From contig JBAZJW010000001.1 in the NCBI GenBank assembly GCA_041651055.1, positions 373,325 through 437,324 of the forward strand: 64,000 nt of DNA, read 5' to 3'. The notes below the pieces were generated by a model that saw only the letters and a program-made list of their open reading frames with translations, had not been told where the DNA came from and did not search any database. The first letter of the stretch is position 1; each line of letters starts with the position of its first letter. The DNA is from Minisyncoccota bacterium. Its GTDB lineage: Bacteria; Patescibacteriota; Minisyncoccia; Phycocordibacterales; UBA5272. The translations under genes and the position numbers were made by a program. This document shows positions 29,743 through 40,292 of this stretch, piece by piece.

Positions 29743-31962
29743 CTACTTTTTACCTGGAGCAAGTAGTTGCTTGATATACGCATCTACCTGAGCACTGTAT
29801 TCTGGATTCGTACGCTTCACTTCTGCAAGAAGCTCGAGAGCAAGAGGTATCTGTCCTGTTGTTACGACGGCGTTTAAGATGTCGCCATCAAACGGTACAG
29901 TAAGTCCACTTTCTTTAATGTGCGCACGAGCATCTTTGAATGAACCCGCATATACAGCTGTTAGGACATACCACTTTTGTGCATCAGGATAGATTGGCTG
30001 AAGATCATACACTTCACGTGCGAGTGCGTACGCTTCCGTATACTTACGTTGCATCAAGTACGAACGAATAAGATCAAAAGATATGAGCTGTTTTTTCGGA
30101 GCAATTACGTGCGCCATTCCGATGACCTGTTCTCCAGAAATCGCATCTCCAATACCGTTGTAAAACATTCCATAAATAGTAAGCATGCGCACATCTTCTT
30201 TGTGTGCAGAAAGTGATGCTGTCACATCATCACGAACGGCTTTGATGAAATTATTAATCGCCTGAGTACCTGCTTGCTTGTCAGCAGCTGGTGTTTCTGC
30301 TGGAATATTCACCTGAGAAAGACGCACACCCATTTGAAGAAACTGTTCGCGTGATTCTTCGCTACCAAGTGTATGGAGAGCGATGGCACTTGTGAACGCC
30401 TCCTGCTGTATTTTTATCGCATCCGCAAACGGCATCTTTTGCACAAGCTGACCAACGCTCATCCCTTGAATGAGAAGTGTATTCACAAGGTATGGACGAT
30501 AGTTAACGAAGTATAGTGTCACGAGGAGAACGACACCAACAATTGGCATCCAGATATAATTCATCTGTTCTTCTGTTACAATCCCTTTACTGTGATGCGC
30601 CACCTGTCCACCTTTTGTTCTCATCACGATGTATGCAAGTAATGCGAAGAAAAGAATGTAACTTGTTAAGTTATCAAACACGAAAATGTTGTGAACAAAG
30701 TATCCAACAAGCGCACCTGTAAGGATTGCTTTTTCACGAGTAGGCATATCGTGTTTCTTACTTCTCCACATAAGCGAAAGTGCTACGACGTACAGCGACA
30801 AGTATGAGAGTAGGCCAAGGATTCCAGCTGCAACAAGCCAGTCGAAGAACACGTCATGAGAACGGTCATACCATGGCTCGAGATTCCACATCTTTTCAGG
30901 CATAAACTTTCGAGCATAAATATAACTAAAATTATCTTGTCCGTATCCGAGTATTGGTCGTTCAAGAAACGCTTCATAACTAATCGTCCAAATAGAAAGA
31001 CGACTCATGCTTGTAAGTTCTGTTGGTGAAATACTTGCGAGACGAGCAAGTGTCGGTGTTGATTGTACAAATGAACTATTCTTAAATGTTACGAGTGATC
31101 CCACGAGAATAACAACAGCAACAAGCACTCCGGCAAAAACTTTTCGTGCATGCCCTTTTTCTCGCCATGCAATAAGCCCAATCGTTACCATTACACCTGC
31201 GACGAGTCCGATCATCGTCCCTCTCGTACCAGAGTAAAAGAGTGCAATCAAGTTAAGTGCGATAAGTACCGGATATCCCCATGCACGTTTTGCATTCGGT
31301 GTCTGTGACCAGAGTAGTGCTGCAATAAATGCGAACATGAGACAATAAATAGCAAAGTATGCGGAGTTTCCAATCGTTGCATCGAGTCGGTTTTCACTTT
31401 GGTGAATCGGGAATCGTGCAGAGAACCATGCTCCAAGTTCTGGGAGTTTTTGTGCAAAGATGTATCCTTTCGCTCCGAACATTTGTCCGTAACCATAAAT
31501 AAGCACGAGAAGGTTTGAGGCAAAGAATACCTTAAACATTTTCTGCCAGTCCTTAAGTGTTGGGAGCATTGCCGTAAGTACAAAGAAATATGCAAAGAAG
31601 TGAATGTGGCCAACGAATCCTTCCATGCGTTCATAATTACTCCACATACTTCTTTCTCGATCGACACCGAAAATATCCGCAAGCAAAAGTACAACCATGA
31701 AAATCGCATACGCAATAGTCAGTGGTGACTTCTTGAGATTCGGACGGTAGGACACATCACGCAGTGCGAGCAGTGCCCATCCAGCAAATGCAATTTCTAC
31801 AAGAACTCTAAAAACGAGATTCTTGCCAGAAATAAATGGGAAGTAAAGTCCCGATGTTCCCCAGTTGAGAAAATCAAAAGTTCCTCCGTCGGCTACATAG
31901 AGCGCCAAAAATGGAATAAGTGCAAGCGAAACCCAAACTATTTTTTTAATAATACTTTGCAT
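29743..31962 (-). CDS. O-antigen ligase / oligosaccharyltransferase family protein with C-terminal helical repeats
   Basis: ATIGNSAYFA, SGTRG, RPILGYGQDNF and YDRSHDVFFDWLVAAGILG. Confidence 0.88.
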   Translation of the reverse strand: MQSIIKKIVWVSLALIPFLALYVADGGTFDFLNWGTSGLYFPFISGKNLVFRVLVEIAFAGWALLALRDVSYRPNLKKSPLTIAYAIFMVVLLLADIFGVDRERSMWSNYERMEGFVGHIHFFAYFFVLTAMLPTLKDWQKMFKVFFASNLLVLIYGYGQMFGAKGYIFAQKLPELGAWFSARFPIHQSENRLDATIGNSAYFAIYCLMFAFIAALLWSQTPNAKRAWGYPVLIALNLIALFYSGTRGTMIGLVAGVMVTIGLIAWREKGHARKVFAGVLVAVVILVGSLVTFKNSSFVQSTPTLARLASISPTELTSMSRLSIWTISYEAFLERPILGYGQDNFSYIYARKFMPEKMWNLEPWYDRSHDVFFDWLVAAGILGLLSYLSLYVVALSLMWRSKKHDMPTREKAILTGALVGYFVHNIFVFDNLTSYILFFALLAYIVMRTKGGQVAHHSKGIVTEEQMNYIWMPIVGVVLLVTLYFVNYRPYLVNTLLIQGMSVGQLVQKMPFADAIKIQQEAFTSAIALHTLGSEESREQFLQMGVRLSQVNIPAETPAADKQAGTQAINNFIKAVRDDVTASLSAHKEDVRMLTIYGMFYNGIGDAISGEQVIGMAHVIAPKKQLISFDLIRSYLMQRKYTEAYALAREVYDLQPIYPDAQKWYVLTAVYAGSFKDARAHIKESGLTVPFDGDILNAVVTTGQIPLALELLAEVKRTNPEYSAQVDAYIKQLLAPGKK

Positions 31963-32121
31963 ACGTAATAACTATTTTTAATAAAGATTACCTTTTAGTG
32001 TAACATATATAGCTCGTTGCAAGCAGTACGTAAAAGACCAAAAAGAGCCTGTAATGGTATACTGAAACCTAGCAAGGCGAGGCCTTGTAGCTACAAGGCC
32101 TCGCCTTGCTAGACTACCATC

Positions 32122-32820
32122 ATGATTCCCAAAATAATCCATTACTGTTGGTTTGGTGACAATCCTAAAAATGAGGAGATTCTTGACTGTATCGAAAGTT
32201 GGAAAAAAACCTGCCCAGATTTTGAAATAAAAGAATGGAACGAACTCAACTTCCCTCTTGAGCAATTTCCTTTCGCTAGCCGCATGTACAATGAAAAAAA
32301 ATGGGCCTTCGTTGTGGACTACGTACGTCTCGATATTCTGTATCGTGAAGGCGGCTTCTACCTTGATACCGATATGTTACTCTTGCAGTCTCTCTCACCC
32401 CTCACTGAGCACACCTGCGCGCTCGGTGAAGAATCTGTCGGAGTGATCAGTGCAGGAATGATAGGGGCAGAAGCAAAGAACCCTTTTATTGCTGCGTGTA
32501 AGAAATTTTATGATGAAGATCCGAAAGGTCTCGTCACTATTCCCCGCGTACTTTCAACGGTATACGAAACATACACCGACAAAGAATCTCTCACTGTCTA
32601 TCCACCGAAAACATTTTATCCATTTAACAGCGAGCACATCAAAGAATTTCATGGGCAAAAACTCGGACCAGATGTTGTCGGTGTACATTTATGGCACTAC
32701 TCATGGGGAAGCCCACTGAATAAGTTTTTCAAAAAAATTGGCATCTATAGTTTTGGTAAAAGAGTCACAGAAATTCTTGGTATTAAACCTTTGCTTAAAA
32801 AGCTCTTCGGTTTTATCTAA
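32122..32820 (+). CDS. glycosyltransferase GT32 (DXD sugar-binding)
   Basis: MIPKIIHYCWFG and WAFVVDYVRL..LY.EGGFYLDTD. Confidence 0.92.
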   Translation: MIPKIIHYCWFGDNPKNEEILDCIESWKKTCPDFEIKEWNELNFPLEQFPFASRMYNEKKWAFVVDYVRLDILYREGGFYLDTDMLLLQSLSPLTEHTCALGEESVGVISAGMIGAEAKNPFIAACKKFYDEDPKGLVTIPRVLSTVYETYTDKESLTVYPPKTFYPFNSEHIKEFHGQKLGPDVVGVHLWHYSWGSPLNKFFKKIGIYSFGKRVTEILGIKPLLKKLFGFI

Positions 32821-32825
32821 TACCC

Positions 32826-33596
32826 ATGCGATTCTCCATCATCACCCCCACCTACAAACGTGCAGATCTTTTGACTCGTGCAGTCGAGTCTCTTCTTCGT
32901 CAAACCTACACTGATTGGGAAATGATTATTGTGAACGACTCCCCTACTGATATGTCGTACACAGCGTTTGCTTCATCTATTAATGACGCCCGCATTCATT
33001 ATCACGTCAATGAAATAAATAGCGGTGTGAACTTCAGTCGCAATCGCGCGCTTGATAATATCACCATAGACTCTGATTGGATTATTTTCTTAGACGATGA
33101 TGACTACCTCGCACCAGACGCACTAGAAACATTCTATGATCTCATTCTTTCAAAACAAGAAGCAAAGTGGCTCGTGACCAACCGTGCAAAAAAAGATGGC
33201 ACACCGCTTACACTCTTCCCTAAAGACGATAACTGGTACTCATACGCATGGCAGTACCTCATTCTCAAACGCTGTAAAGGCGATGCAACACACTGCATCG
33301 ACACCAAGACGGTCAATGCCATCAGATTCTCAAAGCATGTAAAACAGGCTGAGGAATGGTTCTTTTTCTATCAACTCGGACTCCACCAGAAGTTTTTCTA
33401 CCATTCACACAACAGTACCATCACTGATGGTTATGATGCGAAGGCCGGCCTCAATTTCCGCAAGCGCACTCGTGGCGAACAGTTCGAAACACTTTCCATT
33501 CTCGGCTACGAAGGCCTCGCTCTTGGCATTCTCTACCATCCATCCTTCCTCGTCTACCTCACCCTTCGTCTTATTCGTATTGCATTAAAGCCGTAA
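32826..33596 (+). CDS. glycosyltransferase family 2
   Basis: SIITPTYKR, IIVND and FLDDDD. Confidence 0.9.
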   Translation: MRFSIITPTYKRADLLTRAVESLLRQTYTDWEMIIVNDSPTDMSYTAFASSINDARIHYHVNEINSGVNFSRNRALDNITIDSDWIIFLDDDDYLAPDALETFYDLILSKQEAKWLVTNRAKKDGTPLTLFPKDDNWYSYAWQYLILKRCKGDATHCIDTKTVNAIRFSKHVKQAEEWFFFYQLGLHQKFFYHSHNSTITDGYDAKAGLNFRKRTRGEQFETLSILGYEGLALGILYHPSFLVYLTLRLIRIALKP

Positions 33597-33705
33597 ATAA
33601 TTACGGAAGTTGCGCCTCTACAAGGAAACCACAGATCTCCTAAAACTCTATTTCTGAAAAGAAATAAGCTATACTCTTCTAGAATAATAAACAACATAAC
33701 GCACC

Positions 33706-34530
33706 ATGAACCAAGAGCCTCTCAAAGTTAGAATCAAGCTTCTTTTAAAGAAAATATTGCCTGTAATTATTTTTAGTTTAATTCTAAAAATATGGCGATC
33801 TACACTTTCAAAGATATCTAGTTCTGGTGATACGAAAATTGTTGAAACATATACAAAAGAATTTTTAGCAATTCATGGATACAGTGTTGTTGGTGGGCCA
33901 TTTAAAGGTATGAAATACATACATGAAGCTGCTGGCAGTGGATATCTCATAAAACTCATCGGGGTCTACGAAGAAGTGCTTCACCCAATAATTAATTTGG
34001 CTGTATCTAGGGAATACACTACGATGATCGACATAGGGTGTGCTGAGGGGTATTACTTAGTCGGTATTGGAATGAAAAGCAAAAAGACAAAACTGGTAGG
34101 GTATGATATAGACAAGAAAGCCTTAGATCTTACAAAAGAACTCTATACTCTTAACAGGCTTACAAACGAACTCCTTCTTCTAGAAGACTGTACTCCCAAG
34201 GACTTAAACAGTCGCATCGACGATAAGACGTTTTTGATATGTGATGCGGAGGGTTTTGAAGAAGAGATACTCAACCCTACGAGTTCCCCTGCCCTTCTTG
34301 AGGTTCAAACACTACTCATCGAGCTTCATGAATTCGTTGTCCCTAATGTTAAAAAGGTACTCATACATCGTTTTGAGAAAACCCACAGCATTGAAACCGT
34401 TGTATTTAAAAATGGCAACCCTAATAATTATCCATTTCTAAAAAAGATTACCAATAAAACAGACCTCTATACCCTCCTCCGTGAACGAGGTGAGCAAGAA
34501 CAAGAGTGGCTAATCTTAGAAAAGAGATAA
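33706..34530 (+). CDS. class I SAM-dependent methyltransferase
   Basis: GPFKGMKY, IDIGCAEGYY and ICDAEGFE. Confidence 0.8.
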   Translation: MNQEPLKVRIKLLLKKILPVIIFSLILKIWRSTLSKISSSGDTKIVETYTKEFLAIHGYSVVGGPFKGMKYIHEAAGSGYLIKLIGVYEEVLHPIINLAVSREYTTMIDIGCAEGYYLVGIGMKSKKTKLVGYDIDKKALDLTKELYTLNRLTNELLLLEDCTPKDLNSRIDDKTFLICDAEGFEEEILNPTSSPALLEVQTLLIELHEFVVPNVKKVLIHRFEKTHSIETVVFKNGNPNNYPFLKKITNKTDLYTLLRERGEQEQEWLILEKR

Positions 34531-34620
34531 TTCTGAATATACTAAAAGTTGTGTTAAAATTAAGACCACATTAGTGAAATAAAGACAATTTTGTACTCCC
34601 TTGCCTAAACAAAAACTACT

Positions 34621-35421
34621 ATGAAAAACAATCTCGTCATCGGTTCTGATGGTTTTATTGGAAAGCCTTTTTGTGATTTTTTAGAAAAAAAAGGTGAAGC
34701 AGTAACTCGTTTTGATATAAAGCGTGGAGCAGAAGAAGATGCTCGAATATCCATATTACCCCTTGAAGACATTGACTGTGTTTATTTTCTTGCGTGGGAT
34801 GTTGGTGGTGCAAAATATTTATACAAAGAAGATGCCCAGCTCGGTCAATTAGACTGGAATCTGAAACTTCTTTCCAACGTAATGACACAACTAGAAAAGA
34901 GTAAAAAACCTTTTCTTTTTATCTCGAGTCAACTTGCAGAAGAGCATGATACGGTTTATGGTGTAACAAAAAGATTAGGTGAAGTTTGGACCAGAATTAT
35001 TGGTGGCACGTTCATTAGGCAGTGGAATGTATACGGGCCAATGGAAGAAGAAAGTCTTCGAAGTCACGTGGTTGCCGATTTTGTCCACCAAGCATTAACT
35101 ACAAAAGAAATAAAAATGATGACGACAGGTGAAGAAAAGAGGCAGTTTATATATATTGACGATGTTTGTGAGGCTTGGTACAAAGCCCTAAATGAAAAGC
35201 ATAAAGGAATACATGATGTCACAAGTTTTGAGTGGGTAAAAATTATAGATATTGCAAATATTATAGGCAAGTTAACAGGTGCAAAAGTAATACCAGGAGA
35301 AAAAGTTGGATCCACGCCAATAACACCGATAAAAGGCAAGATTCCGGGATGGTCCCCTAAGGTAGAACTAGAGGAGGGTCTGAGGAGAACTATTGAGTTA
35401 TACAAAAAAATAAATGAATAA
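34621..35421 (+). CDS. NAD-dependent epimerase/dehydratase
   Basis: GSDGFIG, YGVTK, NVYGP and RQFIYIDD. Confidence 0.88.
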   Translation: MKNNLVIGSDGFIGKPFCDFLEKKGEAVTRFDIKRGAEEDARISILPLEDIDCVYFLAWDVGGAKYLYKEDAQLGQLDWNLKLLSNVMTQLEKSKKPFLFISSQLAEEHDTVYGVTKRLGEVWTRIIGGTFIRQWNVYGPMEEESLRSHVVADFVHQALTTKEIKMMTTGEEKRQFIYIDDVCEAWYKALNEKHKGIHDVTSFEWVKIIDIANIIGKLTGAKVIPGEKVGSTPITPIKGKIPGWSPKVELEEGLRRTIELYKKINE

Positions 35422-36223
35422 AGTAATATCAATTATCACTCCAACTTTTAACAGTGAGAAGGCTCTCGAAAAATGTCTTCTCAGTGTTAAAAAACAGACA
35501 TACCAAAACATTGAACATATTGTTGTGGATGGTCTTTCGACAGATGGCACTGTGGAAATTTTAAAAAGATATGAAGGCACCTATAATTTAAAATGGATAT
35601 CAGAAAAAGACTCTGGAGTTGCCGATGCGATGAACAAAGGTTTTAACCTTGCGACCGGGGAAGTTTTTACATGGATTGATTCTGACAACTATTACTTAGA
35701 GGGTACTTTTATCGCAGAAGTGATGGCGGCTTACAACAATGACCAAGACGTTAACATGGTCTTAACAAACTGCCTATCTCAGTATGAAACCTCTGAAAAA
35801 AGAACTCTTGTAAATCCACAAAAAGTAACGTATGCCAAACTCTTAGCGGAAGGCAGTATGTTTACCCCAGAGTGTGTTTATTTTAGCAAAGATCTATTTT
35901 TTAATGCTGGAGGATTTAACCTTAAGAACAAGCTTCTTGCGGACTATGAGTTATGGCTAAACATATTCAAACAGAACCCGAAGTACGTAAAGTTACCAAT
36001 ACTTTCTACGGTGTATGTTTCAAATGAAGATTCATTACTTCACAGAAAACCCATTCTTGCCTACAAAGAAATGCTTAGAATAGGAAAAGAATATCACAGA
36101 GAAAGATTGCCTCAGATAATAATCTGGATAAACTACTATATATTTTTAACAAAATACCCATTTCTAAAATTTATCAAACGCCACAAGATTTTAAAAGATT
36201 TTTTTGTAAAGTATTTCCGGTAA
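35414..36223 (+). CDS. glycosyltransferase family 2
   Basis: SIITPTFN, VDGLSTDGT, SEKDSGVADAMNKG and IDSD. Confidence 0.92.
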   Translation: MNKVISIITPTFNSEKALEKCLLSVKKQTYQNIEHIVVDGLSTDGTVEILKRYEGTYNLKWISEKDSGVADAMNKGFNLATGEVFTWIDSDNYYLEGTFIAEVMAAYNNDQDVNMVLTNCLSQYETSEKRTLVNPQKVTYAKLLAEGSMFTPECVYFSKDLFFNAGGFNLKNKLLADYELWLNIFKQNPKYVKLPILSTVYVSNEDSLLHRKPILAYKEMLRIGKEYHRERLPQIIIWINYYIFLTKYPFLKFIKRHKILKDFFVKYFR

Positions 36224-36334
36224 AAGCAGAAAAACTATTAAAGAGAAGTTTTTTGGGTACTGATTAAGGTTGACATTAATCAGAATACATGCCATAGTTT
36301 TATTCGTAAGTTCAATAAAGAAAGGAGAGCAACT

Positions 36335-36820
36335 ATGTGCTTCAAGGGCTTGGTTACAGGTAGACTTCCTCGCGAGGTATATATCTCAGGTCTCGAAAAT
36401 TTCATCATCTCCACAGTCGACTTCGTTCTCAGAAGAGGTCTCCAGTTCTTTCTGATTAAACGAAAAGGTGGGGCTTTCTCTGGCGAATGGTTCGTCGCTG
36501 GCGGCCGCCAAAACCGTGGAGAGGAAGAATTGACGGCTCTCCACCGCATCGCCAAGCGTGAGCTTGGTGTAAACGAAAAAGATGTCGTCACCGTCAGATT
36601 CTCTCATTGCCAGGATGTATGTAATCCTGCCAGCAAAAATGATGAAGGATCTCTTCCTGAATGGCATTCGAAGTGGCACTTCTACGTGGTCGAAGTGACC
36701 CCTGATTTCAAGCTGAAGCTTGATGAAACCTCTAGCGAGGGGCAATGGTTCACAGAACTTCCAGTCGAAGGGGTCCCGGAGCCCGTCATTCGCGCTCTAA
36801 GAAAATCAGGAATGATTTAA
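36335..36820 (+). CDS. NUDIX-fold protein (GDP-mannose hydrolase-like)
   Basis: WFVAGGRQNRGEEELTALHRIAKRELGV; has its own TTGACA promoter, AAAGGAG SD and terminator AAGGTCCACCTCAGTGGACCTT. Confidence 0.75.
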   Translation: MCFKGLVTGRLPREVYISGLENFIISTVDFVLRRGLQFFLIKRKGGAFSGEWFVAGGRQNRGEEELTALHRIAKRELGVNEKDVVTVRFSHCQDVCNPASKNDEGSLPEWHSKWHFYVVEVTPDFKLKLDETSSEGQWFTELPVEGVPEPVIRALRKSGMI

Positions 36821-36850
36821 CAGGAACAAGGTCCACCTCAGTGGACCTTT

Positions 36851-37642
36851 TTATATAAGATACTGAATTGATTTTCCTGTAAAGATAACTTCTACCGCCA
36901 TGCCTGGATCTATACCCTGATACCCTTTTTTCGTATATTCAAAAATCAAATACTTACCGACGGGACCCATTGCCACAAGCAAGACCACATCCTTTACTAT
37001 TGCGTGTTCTAATTCCCTGTCTAGCTGTTTAGTGATTTCATCATACGAAGCAATAGCGTCAGATTCTGGTGTTTCTATGTAGACAATATTCTTCCACGGA
37101 AGGCTGCCATTACTTTTCAAGCGCTCAGTTGTTTCTCGTCTCGTTATACAAATAATTTTCTTATCTTGTATAACAGGGGCAATTACGTTCTCAAAATACG
37201 TATCATAATAAAAGTTATGGGCATCCATGTAACCTATTTTCTTAGGAAACATAAGAAAGAACATTACCTTAAGAGGTAACCACACGTTGAACTTTCCAAT
37301 CTTTTTTAATTCCTCATTTGAAAAATTAATAAACTGTGGGACAGATAATACATAGTTACTTTCTTGTTTGTACGATGTAACTATTTCCTTGATCATCGTC
37401 TTCAATCTCGGATTAAATGTATGATAGTGATTGTTTAAATCTAGTAGTAGGTTTATTTCCCCATCACCAAGACGGATAATAGATTTACCCTCCTGTGCTA
37501 ATTTAATAATTTCTTCTTTTGTATAAAAATGTTCACTGAAAGAAAAGCCCTTTAGAAAATACGTACACACATACACAATCACATAGAGGGGGTGTTTAAA
37601 TACATACCTTGATAAGAAATTAAAAATTCTTGTAACTGACAT
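36851..37642 (-). CDS. GT-D fold (DUF1792) glycosyltransferase
   Basis: SIIRLGDGE and LVAMGPVGK...QGIDPG. Confidence 0.8.
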   Translation of the reverse strand: MSVTRIFNFLSRYVFKHPLYVIVYVCTYFLKGFSFSEHFYTKEEIIKLAQEGKSIIRLGDGEINLLLDLNNHYHTFNPRLKTMIKEIVTSYKQESNYVLSVPQFINFSNEELKKIGKFNVWLPLKVMFFLMFPKKIGYMDAHNFYYDTYFENVIAPVIQDKKIICITRRETTERLKSNGSLPWKNIVYIETPESDAIASYDEITKQLDRELEHAIVKDVVLLVAMGPVGKYLIFEYTKKGYQGIDPGMAVEVIFTGKSIQYLI

Positions 37643-37652
37643 GGCGGAAGAC

Positions 37653-39416
37653 TTAGCTTCGTTTTGAAATTAAATAATTACCTAACGCTACATGTGGAAG
37701 ACCTGAATGTTCGAAAGTACGAAGTGCGTCTTCTGGCGTTTCTACGTTTGGTTCACCGTGCAAGTTAAAGCTGGTATTAAGAATACCACCTGAACCCGTT
37801 AATGTCTCATAGTGAGTGATGAGTGCATGATAGTCAGGGTTTACATCCTTCTTAACCATTTGTGGACGAGAGGTAAGATCGTATGGATGAAGTGCCGCAA
37901 TAAGTTCTGTATGTGCTAATTCTTTTGTCGGAAAAGTGATAGCCATAAATGGCGCATACTCATCTTTTTTCAAAACAAGGTAATCATGTCGTCGTTCATA
38001 GAGCATTGACGTAGCAAACGGCATCCAAAAGTCACGACCCTTTATCATTTCATTGATAAGCTTCACATTATCACGCGACGACGGATTCGCAAGAATAGAG
38101 CGGTTACCGAGGGCACGTGCACCCCATTCTGATCTTCCTTTCAATCGTCCGACGACACTGTTATTTGCAAGCAATTCTGCTACTTTTTTCTCCACAGTTA
38201 TTTCACTTTTTGGATCAAAATATTCTACGTCACAATGTTTACAAAACTCGTATTCATCTATTACCTTTTTTATTTCTTCATCAGAATATTCTGACCCAAG
38301 GTAGAGATTATTTATTTTCTTTAAACCTGACAAATCGTGATCATGTAACTTCGCATATCCATGCACCACGTCTCCAATGGCGATTGATTCATCTCCACCT
38401 GATGGCATAACAACGAGGGATCTCACTTCTTTCATCTCGGAAAGATATTGATTTGCCTTCACATTCATAAACACACCACCACCAACAACAATATCAAAAC
38501 AACCGTACTTCTTAATTGAAGCTCTAGCTAAATCTTTTATGATTTCTTCAGTTAACTTTTGTATTCCGTATGCAAGAGAATCGAAGCGGTGCTGATGATA
38601 ATCATGAGCGATAAGATATGGGGTCGCACGACGCATATCTATCGTTGCAACGAGCTGCATCGTATCTTCATCAAACCAGATTAACTCTTTCAACTTCTCA
38701 TATACTTTTTCACCGGAGGATTTTTTTGCATATGGTGCGAGACCCATCACTTTAAATTCATGCTCATTACGAGACATGCCCAGCAAATCTACAAATGACG
38801 CATACAGTAGCCCGAGAGAATTCTCACGTGCAAATCGATGCAGAACTTTAATATCTCCATTTTCAAAAAGATTGATTGATCCACAAAATGTATCCCCTTC
38901 ACCATCTAAAATAAGAATAAGCCGACGAGTGCGTACATCGTCAAGAAGCGGAATAGATGCCCAAGCATGAGAATCGTGATGTGCCATATTTACTATTTCA
39001 GCCCCAGGAAATTCATGAGCCAAAAACTTCTGAACAACTCCAGCAGGATTCTTAAGAGAGAGTCTCCAAGAATTAAGAGTTTCGTTTATCGTATATAATA
39101 AACCACTCAGTGGAATACGATCAATAACGGCTCGCATGAACCACACATTTTGTGTTGGTCGATTTCTATACTCGATAACATCTTGCTTTGTATTCGTTAT
39201 ATGAAGACCCAAGTCCATCCCATCAATAAAAACAAGCCTGAAATTCTCAATGCCATATTTCTTAATAAGGTATGCCAGTGCTTCATGTGGAAATCCTATG
39301 TACTTTTTTACACGAGTAATACGCTCTTCCATCATTGCTTCCACAATTTCACCATCCTTCATCAAAACGACTGTTGCGTCGTGACCAAAATTAACCCCAA
39401 GGAGATATTCACTCAT
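37653..39416 (-). CDS. carbamoyltransferase (NodU/CmcH family)
   Basis: GHDA, EERITRVK, HHDSHA, EFKVMGLAPY, GARALGNRSILA and LNTSFNLHGEP. Confidence 0.94.
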   Translation of the reverse strand: MSEYLLGVNFGHDATVVLMKDGEIVEAMMEERITRVKKYIGFPHEALAYLIKKYGIENFRLVFIDGMDLGLHITNTKQDVIEYRNRPTQNVWFMRAVIDRIPLSGLLYTINETLNSWRLSLKNPAGVVQKFLAHEFPGAEIVNMAHHDSHAWASIPLLDDVRTRRLILILDGEGDTFCGSINLFENGDIKVLHRFARENSLGLLYASFVDLLGMSRNEHEFKVMGLAPYAKKSSGEKVYEKLKELIWFDEDTMQLVATIDMRRATPYLIAHDYHQHRFDSLAYGIQKLTEEIIKDLARASIKKYGCFDIVVGGGVFMNVKANQYLSEMKEVRSLVVMPSGGDESIAIGDVVHGYAKLHDHDLSGLKKINNLYLGSEYSDEEIKKVIDEYEFCKHCDVEYFDPKSEITVEKKVAELLANNSVVGRLKGRSEWGARALGNRSILANPSSRDNVKLINEMIKGRDFWMPFATSMLYERRHDYLVLKKDEYAPFMAITFPTKELAHTELIAALHPYDLTSRPQMVKKDVNPDYHALITHYETLTGSGGILNTSFNLHGEPNVETPEDALRTFEHSGLPHVALGNYLISKRS

Positions 39417-39494
39417 AATTATTCAATTATACCATACGCATGTTGGTCTGTATGAATTAAAGGTTTGAACAAAACCACACAGAGAAGCAGCCTT

Positions 39495-40286
39495 TTACCT
39501 TACAACTTTTGCCCAATCTTCCTCTGATTTTCCCGTACCCGTCTCAAAATCAACAGTGTTCTGTTTAACAATAAGAGGCACATACCCGTACAAATTAAAG
39601 TTAGTCTTAAATCGCGCCACGTTCGGTACCTGATCTGCCGTAAGACGAAGTGGTTGTGTAAATGGAAGAAGTTTCTTTGCTCCTTCAAGGGTCAAAATAT
39701 ACGCTCCAGCGTTGTACAATGGACGATAAAATCTTTTTCCAGAAGCATACCAGCTTATTTTCCTAGCAAAAAAGCTCCTGACTTCTTCGAAAATGGAAAG
39801 CGCAATTATGTACGGCGCTTTTATTATTGCATACAAAAAGAATAATGGTTTCTTTTGTATTGTTATGATAGTCGCAATAAACCAGTGATACAAAAAAGTA
39901 ATTCCGTCATAGCGATAATCAAACGACAGCCAATCCCATTTTTTATTCTTAGTATTAATTTCTTTTTCTATGATCAAAATAAAATCCGCGGGTAGCATAA
40001 TATCATCTTCCAGAATAACAGCGTATGGAATTTTTTCTTGTACAATTCTCTCATACACTAACGCATGAGCCACTGCACACCCCTTCTCACCAAAGTAGAG
40101 GGGTTTACCATGCTCCTCTATAGCACGCACAGCGTCATACCTTTCCACAACACGTGCGTCATCTCCATAAATACCATCAACAAATTCGTACTTCGCACCA
40201 AGTGCTTGTAGCTGCTTTTCGACAGCTTCTTTTTTCTTTACATCTATCGGCAAGTTGATGACAAAAATGGGAAATGATTGAATCAT
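39495..40286 (-). CDS. glycosyltransferase family 25
   Basis: FVINL, GEKGCAVAH, ILEDD and AYILTLEGAKKL. Confidence 0.88.
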   Translation of the reverse strand: MIQSFPIFVINLPIDVKKKEAVEKQLQALGAKYEFVDGIYGDDARVVERYDAVRAIEEHGKPLYFGEKGCAVAHALVYERIVQEKIPYAVILEDDIMLPADFILIIEKEINTKNKKWDWLSFDYRYDGITFLYHWFIATIITIQKKPLFFLYAIIKAPYIIALSIFEEVRSFFARKISWYASGKRFYRPLYNAGAYILTLEGAKKLLPFTQPLRLTADQVPNVARFKTNFNLYGYVPLIVKQNTVDFETGTGKSEEDWAKVVR

Positions 40287-40292
40287 ATATCT